A stretch of DNA of 64,000 nt. Origin: Anthoceros angustus. Taxonomy: Eukaryota; Plantae; Anthocerotophyta. Of this stretch, positions 1 to 11,654 are shown piece after piece. Each line of letters begins with the position of its first letter. Within the stretch, counting starts at the first letter, position 1. Location: NCBI GenBank assembly GCA_010909165.1, contig MU008208.1, forward strand, positions 215,545-279,544. The letters are read 5' to 3'. Below the pieces are notes generated by a model. The model saw nothing but the letters and a program-made list of their open reading frames with translations. It did no database searches and was not told the DNA's origin. Position numbers and translations under genes: made by a program.

Positions 1-110
1 GCCTCTCCGCGCCTGGGCGGTCAACGTCCGCTCACTCGACCTGCTCTAACTACCTCTCGACCTCCACGCATCCACACTTACCTCCCTACTAGGCTACGGA
101 ACGATCTCAT

Positions 111-128
111 TCCCCGGCAACGGCGCCA
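111..128 (-). promoter_or_regulatory. Primer-binding site complementary to the tRNA-Asp 3' end (Athila-type PBS)
   Basis: The minus strand reads ...CACA-TTTT-TGGCGCCGTTGCCGGGGA, the typical Athila-lineage PBS, directly after an LTR CA end at 133-134. Confidence 0.85.
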
Positions 129-132
129 AAAA

Positions 133-3100
133 TGTGACGTGACTTTCGCTGATGGCCAGCCGGGCGCGCACAATCCCGTGTCGTTGAAGTAAGGGGTCCG
201 CTCCCAAGAGAATGATAGGCTCCGTTTTGCCGTGTTTCACTCATTTCTCACCTCACTTAGCAACCGTTCAGTCTCAACACACACATTCATTGTTTTATGC
301 CATAACGTTCACCGAACAGGCTGTGGCCAAACGCTTAAGGACCTGTTACCGCCTGCCGCCACTCTCCACTCTAGTCCGCTCCTCCGCCACTCACACTACC
401 CTCATCGCCCTTGGAAGAAATCGCGCAGTGGCTGCGCCGGACCTCCTCCGCCTGCCAGCCCTCCGACCGGGCTCAGACGCCCCGGAGTTCCTCCGCTCAC
501 GCCCGGCCTGGCCCAATGGCCGCCTGACGCAGCAAGGGTCCCTAGGCGCTATTCCCGCGCACACCACACACGTTAGGGTCCGCTACCAAGACCTTGACTG
601 CCTCTCCGGGCCACCGCCCCTGTGACTCGCTACAAGAAGGCACACAAGGGCCCGCAAGAAGACGCATCAACACCAAGAAAAGATGATTTACTGAGAGTCC
701 CTCTTATACTACGCCAAGGTCCGCCTTTATTACACCTCTATTCTCGAAATGAGGCCACCTGCGCCCTAATCGGCCGCCTACTCTTCCCTATTCCTCCTAT
801 CTCCGCTTGGTGGATGGCCGATGCCCGCCTCTTGGCACCGGGCCCAAAGCCGAGCTCCCGACGATCACAAGACCCAATCGGATGATCCGCGAGGGACCTC
901 ACCTCTCCCCGAGGGTCCGCCAGTCGGCCACAAGCGGCCTCACCACTAAGTCCTCCTCCTCCTCTCTTATCTCTCGGGCCCCTCGAGGGCCTCCAAGGGG
1001 CCGGATCCGGGGCCGTGTTCGTGGCTCTCCCCACTCCCCGAGTCTCGCCTGGGACCTGCTCGACCCGAGTCCCACCTCTAGGTCCGGCCTCCTCCGGGTC
1101 CGGCTCATGTCCGCCTTGAGTTCGACCTCGGGGTCCTGACTTGCCTCCTGGGTCCGGCCCTCCGGGCCCAACCTTCCTCGGAGTCCGGACCTCGGGTCCG
1201 GCCTCACCACTAGAGTCTGACCTCTAAGTCCAGACTCCTTCGTGGGCACCGGATTCGGCCTTCCTCAGAGTCCGGACAAAGTCCGACCCACTGCCCCGGT
1301 TTTGCCTCCTCACTCCGATCACCATCCACCGAGCCCTCCATTCCCGAGTGCCCGTGCGCCCTTCCACGGCCTCCTGTGGCCCTCCTCCCTTCCTTCCGTG
1401 CGGAGGTGTAGAGTGCTTACCGGCAGTGACCCTTCTTCCGCCTGCCCGCCTCTCTCCTCGCCGCTGCCATCACATCAAAGGCCTAGGGTCCCCTGTGGCT
1501 CTGCCCCGGGTCCTTCCTCCTGCTCCTCCTTCCGACCTTCGAAGTCCGCCGCCTAGGTGGCGCAAGACCTCCGTGAGCCTTGAGGAGCCTGGGTAGTAGG
1601 CAAGCTCGAATCGACTTGTTGAATCGCCTCCTCCACATGAGCCCGAGCACCAGACTCCCTCCTGAGGTGCTCCCCGAGCATGTTGTCCGCCCGCCGCCCG
1701 CCTCCAGCTTACCGTAGCGGACTCCTTGATGCCAAGGCGGCTCACACCGCAGCCTCGCCGCTACTCGACGTTCTCCTCCTCCCGTTGCTGCTCCAGCCGC
1801 CGGCCGGGCCATGGAGCCGAGCTCCTCCTCAGAAGGACGAGCACCGCTTCTCCTCCAAAGGCTTTCCCCTCCGCTTATCCTTTCCCGAGGTCCGCCACTT
1901 CTTCTCCAGCGGGCCGGTATCCCCGTCCGACTCTCGGCTTCCTCCACCTCCCGCAGCCCCGCCAAACTCCTCGACATTCTCCTCCTCTTCAAGCGGAGCC
2001 GGAGGCGCCATCTCCCGTCAAGTCTTGGATTCTCTCTGAGAACCCGCCGCCTCGGCCTTGAGCCCAAGGTATCCTTGCTATCCTCCGCCTCCCGCCGCCT
2101 TCTTCTACCTCCCGCACTGCACTCGAGGTCCCTATTTCCCGTGTGCCGACCTCCAGCCTCCTCACGGCTCGACTGCTTGTTCACGCTTCTCGTGTTGCAG
2201 GCTCTCAGCCCTGCCTCCCTCCACCTCCCGATCACGCCGAGTAGTGATCCCGACCGCCCAAGGCTTCCGCTCACCGCCTTCATTGAGCCTCACTGTTGAG
2301 CCACCGGCCGCCACCAGTCGCGAGCCCTCTCCGCCTCCCCGGCCCTCCTTCGCTCGCAGAGATCCTCACTGCTTGGGCCTCTCAGGCTCCCACCGCCACC
2401 CACTGAAGAAACTTAGTCCGGTCCCGTCGAATGGACCAGACTTCCGGCCTCCCGCTCCTCGATGCGGCCGAGAGCTTCCGCCTTCTCCTCGCCTCCCGCC
2501 CATCTCGCCTCCCTCGAGGAGCACCATGCGCCTCTGTGGCCTCCACCTGGGTCTTCTCCGTCCCAGAGACCCAGAGCATACCGTCCCATGACGGTAGTGA
2601 CCCGCCGTGTCTCTTCCACGGTCACACGGTGAGGCCCCCAAGAAGTCCGCGGGGCGGCATCTCTGGTCCGCCAAGGACCTCCATACCGCAGCCCGAGCTG
2701 GTCCGGGCTCTCCGACCTACTGTGACCCTTAGGTCCCGAGTAATCGAGGTCCGAGCCTCACCTTCTTGGCCCTCTTGGCCGCCAATTTGTTCGCCTCTTT
2801 CCCTGGGCCTTGAGGGGTGAGGGGTTGGGAGCTCTTGCCTCTCCCGCCGGGAGATGACTGCTCGGGCCGCTGGCCTCCCGCCTCCTTGGGCGGCCCCTTT
2901 CCGCCTTCTCACGCCTCGCCTCGCCACCCGCTGGTGGGCAAGGGCACGGGCGCCATCCGGTGCTACATGGGTGGCACTGCCTTCCGCTGGTCCCCGACGA
3001 GTCCGCTGCCTGGGCCGCCGCCGCTGGCCGGGCGGCCGGTTCTCGGAGCCGAGCCGGCCCTCCCGCCTGGGCCGCCTCTCTGGCCGGGCCGCCCCGTGGG

Positions 3101-4540
3101 GGCACCAGGAGGAGGGAAGTGGATGTCCTCCCACACTTCCCTTTGGTGGCGAGGGAGTCCGCCCAAACGATGGAGTCCGGGATTCCTCCCGCCTTCCTCC
3201 TGCCTTCGCCCTCCGGACGGGCCGGGCTTCCACCTGGTTCTTCCTTCCGCCTCCAGGGCCACTTTCCCGGAGTGCTGCCTCTTCTCCTCCTTCAGGAGGT
3301 TCGCTGCCCCACACATGAATTAAGAACGGCGATAACGCCGACGGAGGAGGCTTCTCACACCTCACCAGAGCTCCCGATTGATCCCGGCGAAGATGATCCT
3401 TCCCCCGCCTCCTTCCTCTCTCGCAGCAGCATGTGAACACTACAGATTGTCACCAAGGTGATCTACCTTGGTGAGCATGTTCCTGGACAATGATCCTGCC
3501 ATCGCCTCACTCTCCTGGCCCAAAGAAGTCCGACATCAACCACCGCTGGTTGTTCGCTATGCCTCGCAGGGCGGCCTTTGCCGCCTATCTTCCCGGCCTT
3601 GAGAGGTTCCGGGACTACGCCCCCACTCTCCTACCGGGCCGGCCATTGTACACCAGACCTCCACCACCACCTCCTAGGGTCCTCTCAAGGCTCTTAGAGC
3701 GAACCTCCTTGTTGGTCGCCAACATCTTCCCGATTCTGACTAGTGACGTCAAGGTCCATACACTGAAAACGTCTGTGTGCTACTCCTTGACTCTCCCCGC
3801 CTCCTCCACCCACGGCCCAAGTCCGGAGTAGCGCTGGACGATGCGCGCCCACCAAGCTCCATGGCTCCCACACCTCCGCCGCTTTCTTGGGTCCCATCTT
3901 CCCGCCTCCTTCTCGTCTCTGTTGAGTGTGAGGCTCGCAGCCCGCCTTGGCCGCGGCCAATTGCTTCCTTCAAGGCCGAGGCTGAGGGTGCTCGAGCGAT
4001 CACAGACAACGCCATAGGGCCGGGTGTTCGAAAGCGCGAGAGCGAAGATCGCCGCGGTTGCTTTGGGAGAATGACCTCCGCTTTGCCTCTCACGGGCAAC
4101 TGGCTGCATGAGGGGTGGCTCTGTCAGAATCGCTGTGAGCCCGCATGGCTTACTCGCCTTACGCTCCGCCTACTCGCCTTACTTGCCAGCAAGACGCTGG
4201 AGCGTGAATACCGCTATAACTCGGCAAGGCTACGGCCCCCGCCGCATGCCCGCCTTCCATCTGGGCCGCCCACGTGGCGCCGCCTGCCTAACTCACGCCC
4301 CAACTTCTAAGTTTCGCACTTATCCTGCTTTTGACCCGTGAGTGGGTCCGACTTATCCGACATCGGGGTCCGGTCCTCGAGTGGCACCGGGTCCACATTT
4401 ACCCCCGAGTCCGGAGTCACTGGAGCCCGAGTGCCGTCCGTGCTTATTCCTCTTTTTCCGCCTTATTTTACACTCCATACCTACGAAAAAAAAACAAACC
4501 CCGCTTATTTCCCCATCCCAAGGGGAGTCCGGTGTCCACA
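133..4540 (-). mobile_element. Long (~4.4 kb) 5' LTR of an Athila-like Ty3/Gypsy element whose internal region lies left of the window
   Basis: TGTG...CACA termini (133 tgtgac; 4532-4540 gtgtccaca) with an adjacent PBS. Both ends are colinear with the paralogous LTR at 11658-25488, and the outer end with 33935-35035. Confidence 0.7.
1560..3897 (-). pseudogene. LTR-embedded accessory ORF (MGPKKAAEVWEPW...), frameshifted
   Basis: The same peptide starts at 24813 and 34371 in the paralogous LTRs. The 3' extent is approximate, based on nucleotide homology with ~23890. Confidence 0.55.
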
Positions 4541-5939
4541 GCATCTCTAACTCTCTTCCGGCCGCCTCCATCCTCCATAACTTGCGTCACCTTTTCTGGA
4601 GCCCCGCTGTGCAGGTCCATGCTCTCGGCCTCTGACTCGGCCAGGTATGTGTTTGGTACAAAGTTGGGCACGGGCTCGTTCACATCTCCCTCCTCTTCCG
4701 CCACCTCCATGTTCTCTTCCTCCTCGTCACCATGCCGTGACGCCGTCAGTCTGTCCATTGGAGGCTGCTGGAATCCCCGTGACAGATGTCTCATTTCTCT
4801 CCCTTGCCTCCATTCCGTGGCTGCCCCCAATGAGGGAAACGTTTTTTTTGCACCATTGGGCACAAATGTCGTCACCCCACAGTCCCCCCCTGCTGCCCTC
4901 CTTTGTTCCTCCAGCCCATCCTGTTGCGCCCCTACCAGCCTTGATGTCCGCTGTATAATGCCATTCCCTGCATGTGTACCTAGCCCCTTGTACAACTCAC
5001 TTACCGCTGACGCCGCTCTCCCTACCATGTTCTTCTTTGCCCCCGTTTTTCTCAAGCCACCCACAACCACCATGTCCCCCCCTCTACGATCATGACCACT
5101 GCTGTGTTCTGCCACAACCACGACCATTCGTGGTGTCACTGGGACCACCACCTCAACGCCCTCGCCATAAAGTCGGCGTCACCGCCTTGCCCCTCGGCTG
5201 CCATCACTGCCATCGCTTTGCCCCACCGTGTTAGCGTTTTCCTTCTCTCACTGATCCGCACCCACATTTTGTTTGTCCCATTAACGCTGGATAACTCATG
5301 ATGGCCATGCTGGTTTGTATGTGTAATGTGTGCTGCAGGCGGGAGGAAGCGTGGAAGTGGCAAAGCTTGCTCCGAACGCAAGCTGGAGGGGAAGAAGAAA
5401 ATTGCGAATCGAACGGGAGGGCGGAAGTTTTCGAGGTGCACACGATGAGTAGGAAGTGCCTTACATGGAGGCGTAAAAGCATAAGCGATACCAAATCTCC
5501 TCCGTGACAAAGACAATCTTGTAGGGCATAACCTCGTGATGCGTCACAATAAGGTGATAGGTGGGGACAATATCTTCTATATATGTGAAGCATGGCAGAC
5601 GTGAAGGACAAACCGCCAAGATGCTATAAAGTAGGGGTATAAAGGGCCGCTATTTACACATATAGTAAATACAAAGTATCGCATCATGAATATGTACAAA
5701 CCAAGGTAATGTATGTAATACGCAATATACAAACTTATTTTATATGAAATTGAATACCAGATAGCACTTAGAATAATATAGTACATTTATCATCATAGAC
5801 TATGCGATAGTATAAGGATGTATTGATGTATTTATATGGTCGTATTGAAGGGCGATTTGGGTAACTACCAAGTAAAACGTGGTATTTCAAAGGGCAAAAG
5901 TAAAAGGGCAATGGTGGATGGGGAGGAGGTTCGTACCAA

Positions 5940-6211
5940 GCTCAAAAGTGTTACAAGACCTCTTGTAACACTTTTAGATGTTGCAATCATGTTGCAATTT
6001 TGAGAGAGGGCAAAACCACCTCTCACTTCATCTTAACATAATTGCAACACCATTGCAACATGATTGCAACAATGTACCGTGGTATGGTTTCCAAGCCAAA
6101 GTGTAACAAGGGGCCTGTGTTACATGGCCCCAAAATTGCAACATGAGTGTTACATCCAGGGGTCCAAATCTTAACATAAAGTGTAACATAGGCTGCCCTT
6201 TTCTAGTAGGG
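5940..6211 (-). mobile_element. Possible CACTA/EnSpm-like terminus with subterminal repeats
   Basis: The minus strand begins CCCTACTAGAAAAGGG exactly where the 6212-7260 ORF breaks off relative to its homolog at ~61-62 kb. Clustered TGTTGCAAT/TGTTACA repeats occur in both orientations. Confidence 0.4.
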
Positions 6212-7260
6212 TTGGTGCTGAAATAAGAAGTGCGTTGGTAATTTACCAATCCCACCACAATCTTAGCAAAGAGCCTCCACTTCAGCTCCTTGATGCTGTC
6301 CGTCTTCCAACCGTTCTTGGCATGGGCTTTTACTCCCCCATCCATCATGTCGAGGACCTCCGGTGGAATTTCCGAAATGGAAATTCTCTTCCCCCTGTTC
6401 GTCCTCTCGAGGAGAGCGATTCTTGAGCTCTCCTCCTCCGGCCTCCCATACACCTGGCGAATGCTCCGGACTGTCCAGCAACGCAGATCAGTCCGAGCAT
6501 TCCTCTCCGGTAACGCGGCAAGGGCTGCCTCTGATTGATGGAGGTTGATGTAACACTCCCCAATCAACTCCAAATTGGTGTAGGCCCATTGGCGGCCATA
6601 CACCCACCCCAATTGGATGTTTTCTTCTTCCGCCCACTGCTTGAAATCCACCAAGTCCCGAGGATTGAGTTGCCCTGCAAAACATGTAAATTGCAGATCA
6701 TTAAAATCGCCTCACCTCAGGCGGGCGCTACACATCGCCTCTTCTCTTCCTCCTCCCGAGGGGAGTAGGCCCTTGGCGCGCCCGGCTTCTCCAGTCATGG
6801 CGCCTTCTTGCTCACTGCAACAAAACCCAACCTGAGACACAAGTGCACGTTAGCCCTGGCTCGCACTCTCCAGCTGCTGCCAATGGTTCTCGCCGCTCCT
6901 CTTCCCAAGACAAGGCGGCCAAGCCAGCCCGATCTAAGTGCTCCTCTTGCGCCTGCCTTCCGTCCTTCAATGATGTAGGCGCCCTAGCTGGCGCCTTCTT
7001 ATCCTCACAGTCTCCCTTGCGGCTCGCCGCCACTGTGCCTCCTCCCACGCACGAGCTCTTGCCTTTGCCTCTTTCCACCTTTTCTCCTTCCTTCCCGTCA
7101 TGAGACTAGGGTTCAGGCTCCTCCCTTTTGCAGCTCGCTCGCGGTGATGGCGGCCTTCCTTCCTTCTCCTTTCTCTTCCTCTTACGCTCCGGCTTGATCC
7201 TTGTAGTGAGGAGGTCTCGGAGGAGAGTTGGCGGCCCTAAGCGAACTTTGCCCTCCTTGG
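6212..7260 (-). pseudogene. Retrotransposon accessory ORF (EEENIQLGWVYGRQWAYTNLELI...KNGWKTDSIKELKWRLFAKIV), truncated by an insertion
   Basis: ORF 6028..6654. Highly similar to the plus-strand copies at 60500-62600 and lies downstream of gag in the same orientation. Confidence 0.55.
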
Positions 7261-7549
7261 ATTGCTGCCACCTGGAGGCCTCTCAACCCTAGATTAGATT
7301 TACCATCCTAAAATACTTATTTCCCTATCCAACTTTGGCTCCTAACTAATCTAATCGCAAAACCCCCTATCTAGCCTATTTATCTATTTCCCTATTAGTG
7401 GGCATATATAGTGGATATACCCTTATCCTAATTTCCCTTTTTATCCGAGACGCGCCCCTACCGCTGTAGTCCCGCCACTTACCGCGGTGCTCTCTCTCTC
7501 TCCACAGAGGGTGGTGGCACAAATTCTACCGCCCTTGGCACTACCTACC

Positions 7550-9130
7550 TGGCTTCCGCTCGTAGGTCGTTTTGACTGTTTCTTCCCCTAGCACCCTCTT
7601 CATCGCCAACGTTATCTAGCAACCTCGGCTCAAAAGGGTCGAAAAAGTTTCGCATGTTTCCTCCCAATCGTTTCCCTCCCAATCATTAGGGTCCCTTCGG
7701 ATCTCCTCTTGAAGTATCTCAAGTCACCTCGCGAACCATCCGATGGGAGCGGGGTGTTAAGCTCAGTCCGTTCCACCGCCTCGGGAAGTTTCTTCAGTGT
7801 AATTCTCCTCTGGCAGAGTTGCCCGCCTCCAACTACTTCTTCCTTGGCTCCCCTCCCTTTGGAGCTCCTCCCTCCGTATCCGTGGTACTCTTCCATTCTT
7901 CTTCCTCTCACCTTGCCTTCTCTCCTTTCGGCTCCTTCCTGCGACTTTGCCGACACCTCCCGACCTCGAGAGCCACCTCCTCTTCCCTTAGAAGCAACCG
8001 CTTCTGTACCCGTCAAGTTCCCTTGGTCCTCCTCACCCGCCACCGTGCATCTTCAATGCAGCCGCGCGGCCTTAGGAAGGGGGTGTAAGTGACATCACCA
8101 CCGTGAGTGGCGTGCCGTCCTTGAGCGAGGGACCGATATTGCAACCCATATATGTCCCTTTGGAATCCCCACACAGGCGTTCAAAATCTCATTACCACGG
8201 TGGGGTATGGGCGTGCGGAGTAATGCAGGATTCCAGCCCATGAGACCACCGCCTCAAGGATCCTCGGAGGCTCCCATGCTGGGTTGCACGGAGGGCGGTG
8301 CATGGATGGTCCGCCGTAGGGTACATCGCTTTTCGGATATCGCCCGGAGGTGCTGCATGTAGCGCCCCTCCCACGCTTCCTGGACTCTTCCCCGTGGTTG
8401 TACTCTACTTGGTTCACGGGTTTGAGGGAGGCTTAGCCTTTGAATGCTATGCCGGGTGGCACACCGCACCATAGATGGGTCCGGACCGTGGTGGCTGCCG
8501 CGATCCTTCACCGGTTGATCGTCAACTCTTCCACCTTCATTACCCGCCTGGTCTTCCTCAAACCCGCCTTTTTAAGGGGTCGGATCGCTTGGAGCCTCTC
8601 GCCCGGTAGGCATTACGACTTTTTCTCGGCCTTCACCACGGGCCTCTTCTTCTTATTTTTAGGGGTTCCTCCTCCTCAGAGTCTTGATTCTTCCTGAGAT
8701 CTCTTCCTCTTCCTCCGTGACCCGCCTCTTCACCCTCCTCCTCCCGAGGCCTCTTCATCTTGATTCGACCCCCGCCTCTCTTCTTTTCTTCTTCCTCCTT
8801 GAGGCCCTCGCCCTTTGTTGGTGCATCGATTCTTAGTAGTTCTTCGCCACCGGACCGCCCCGCATCCTTCCTTCTCCGCGAAAGCAGAGAACATGCTTAG
8901 CCATTGGCTTAGGTAGGCCGGCCTCGAACCATGGCACCGCCTGCATGGTGGTGTGGGTGGGGTGCCGATCCCGGAGGGCGTAGAACCGTTCGATGTACGA
9001 TCCCAACTTCTCCGCCTTTTCCTCGCCCATTCTCGAGCTTGACAGACGTAGCCTTCCCGGGTCGATTCCTCGAATCTCTCCGTTGGCATCCTTCGCCTTC
9101 AAAGGTCGCAGGGGGCGTTCGGGATGGCGT
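7550..9130 (-). pseudogene. Duplicate, more indel-rich copy of the gag 3' part
   Basis: Near-identical to 9514-11230 (WFEAGLPKPMAKHVL; NQVEYN). Confidence 0.6.
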
Positions 9131-9513
9131 ACTTCCTTCCTTCTCCTTTCTCTTCCTCTTACGCTCCAGCTTCAGTCCTTCGCGAAGTGAGGAGGTCTCA
9201 GTTCGGAGGGAGAGTTGGCGCTGCCTAAACTGAACTTTGCCCTCCTTGGATTGCTGCCACCTGGAGGCCTCTCAACCCTAGATTAGATTTACCATCCTAA
9301 AATACTTATTTCCCTATCCAACTTTGGCTCCTAACTAATCTAATCGCAAAACCCCCTATCTAGCCTATTTATCTATTTCCCTATTAGTGGGCATATATAG
9401 TGGATATACCCTTATCCTAATTTCCCTTTTTTCAGGGCGCCTTCAGCCTACCTGATGGTACATGACTTACCCATGATGATGCTCTCTCTCTCAACTTTAA
9501 GTGGGTGGCAGCC

Positions 9514-11492
9514 TCACAGGCGGTAGTGCACTCGACCCGCTCCATTTTCACCTACCTTCCGCTCGGTCGTTTTGACCTGTTTCTTCTCCCCTAGCACCCT
9601 CTTCATCTGCCCAACGTTATCTAGCAACCTCAGCTCCAAAAGGGTCGAAAAAGTTTCGGCATGTTTCCTCCCAATCGTTTCCTCCCAATCAATTAGGTCC
9701 TGTCGGATCTCCTCTTGAAGTATCTCCGTCACCTCGCGAACCACATCCGATGGGAACTGGGGTGTTACCTTGGGTGGGTCCGTTTCTCCTGTTACCGCCT
9801 CAGGAAGTTTCTTTCCGTGTAATTCCTCTGGCAGAGTTGCCCGCTCCAACTCGCCTTGGTAGCTCCCCTCCTTTGGGAGCTCCCCTCCTCTCGTATCGTG
9901 GTACTCTCCATTCTTCTTCCTCTTGTGCCTTCTCTCCTTCGCTCCTTCCTGCGACTTCGGGTTGACACCTCCCGCACCTCGAGAGCCACCTCCTCTTCCT
10001 TAGCAGTAACCGCTTCTTGGCACTCCGTCCGAAGTTCCCTTGGTGTCTCCTCCCACTCCGCCCATTTGCATCTTCAATGCAGCAGCGGCCTTGGGAGGGG
10101 TGTGGCGTGCAGCTCCCAGCGGGGTGGCGTAGCGCACCGTCCTTGAGCGAGGGTTCGGACACAGTCCCGCCATATGTCCCGCCTGCTTGCAATCCCCACA
10201 CAGGCGTTCAAAATCTCCGTTACCTTGCCTGGTGGGGTATGGGCAGGCGTTGGAGTAATGCCCGGGGTTCCCACAGTTCCAGCAGACCACCGAAGGAATC
10301 CTCGGAGTGCTCCCATGCGAGGTTGCATCGGAGGGCGGTGCATGGATGGTCCGGCCGCCGTAGGGTACATCGTTTTTGGATATCGCGGCCCCGGAGGTGC
10401 TTCCTGCACTTGGTAAGCGTCCTCCCACTGCTCCTCGGACTCTTCCCCGTAGTTGTACTCTACTTGGTTCACGGGTCTGGAGGGGCAGTTAGCCTTTGAA
10501 TGCCCATGCTGGTGGCACACCGCGCACCATAGATGGGTCCGGACCGTGGTGGCCGCTTTCCGCCGCTCGCGATCCTTCACCTGGTTGATCGTCAACTCTT
10601 CCACCCTCTTCATTACCCGCTCCAGTCTTCCCTCAAACCCGCTACTTCTTTTAAGGGGGTCGGATCAGTTGGAGCCTCTCTCGCTGGGTAGGCATTACGA
10701 CCTCCTTTTTCTCGGCCTTTCGTTTCACTACGGGCCTCTTCTTCTTATTTTTGCGGCGGGGTTCCTCCTCCTCCGTAGAGTCTTCGGATTCTTCCTTGGA
10801 GATCTCTTCCTCTTCCTCCGAAGTGACCTCAGTCTCTTCACCCTCCTCCTCTGAGGCTCTTCATCTTCAGATTCCGACCCCCGTCTCTTCTTTTTCTTCT
10901 TCCCTCCTTGAGGCGTCCTCGTCCTTTGTTGGTGCATCGATTCTTCGTAGTTCTTCGCCGCTCGGACCGCCTTACTCACATCCTTCTCCGCGAGCAGTAG
11001 AACATGCTTAGCCATTGGCTTAGGTAGGCCGGCCTCGAACCATGTAGCTTTGCATGGTGGTGTGGGTGGGGTCGGTCCGGAGGCGTGAACCGTTCGATGT
11101 CGATCCCAACTTCTCCGTCTTTTCCTCGCCCAGTTCTCGAGCTTGGGCGGGCGTAGCCTTCTGGTCGATTCCGGAATCTCTCCGGAAGGCATCCTTGACG
11201 CTTCAAAGGTCGCGAGGCGTTACGGGTGGCGGTACTTCCTCCCACTGGCGCCGTTCCCGAAGAACCCCACAGGAATTTGAATGTGTGCGTCCGAGCCTTC
11301 GCCGTTGAAGTTCGCTCGAGACACGAAATCCTCCACGAAGGTTTCGCATCCCGTTCCTTCTTTCCCCAAGAGGAGTATGCTTTGTCACGGCGTGTGCCAT
11401 CGCGACCGGTGGTTGAGGCGTCCCCCCTTCTTGCCGACTTTGTACTACGTCCTCCTCACGGTCTGACAAATCTACGTGCTTACACATGCCAT
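9514..11492 (-). pseudogene. gag: Ty3/Gypsy gag with three CCHC zinc knuckles, frameshifted
   Basis: Peptides WFEAGLPKPMAKHVL, WCAVCHQHGHSKANCP, CWNCGNPGHYSNACP and CGDCKQAGHMAGLCP. It follows the PBS at 11641-11654; the start is approximate. Confidence 0.8.
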
Positions 11493-11640
11493 TTGGAACT
11501 CTCACGTTGAGCTTGCCTCGCGTTCCGAGCTCGAGTGCTCTGGCGGTCTGACGTCCGGCTCACTCAGCAATTTGTTCTTAACTACCTCACGTCCTCTACG
11601 CATTCAACCTTACCTCACACTATGCTACGGGCGATTTCAT

Positions 11641-11654
11641 TCCCGACAGCGCCA
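11641..11654 (-). promoter_or_regulatory. Degenerate Athila-type PBS
   Basis: The minus strand reads CACA-TTT-TGGCGCTGTCGGGA, at the position homologous to 111-128. Confidence 0.65.

Noticed and set aside
212-5300. Many overlapping Pro/Arg/Ser-rich ORFs
   Set aside because: These are shadow ORFs of GC-rich repeat DNA with no recognisable domain; only the MGPKK ORF is supported by paralogs.
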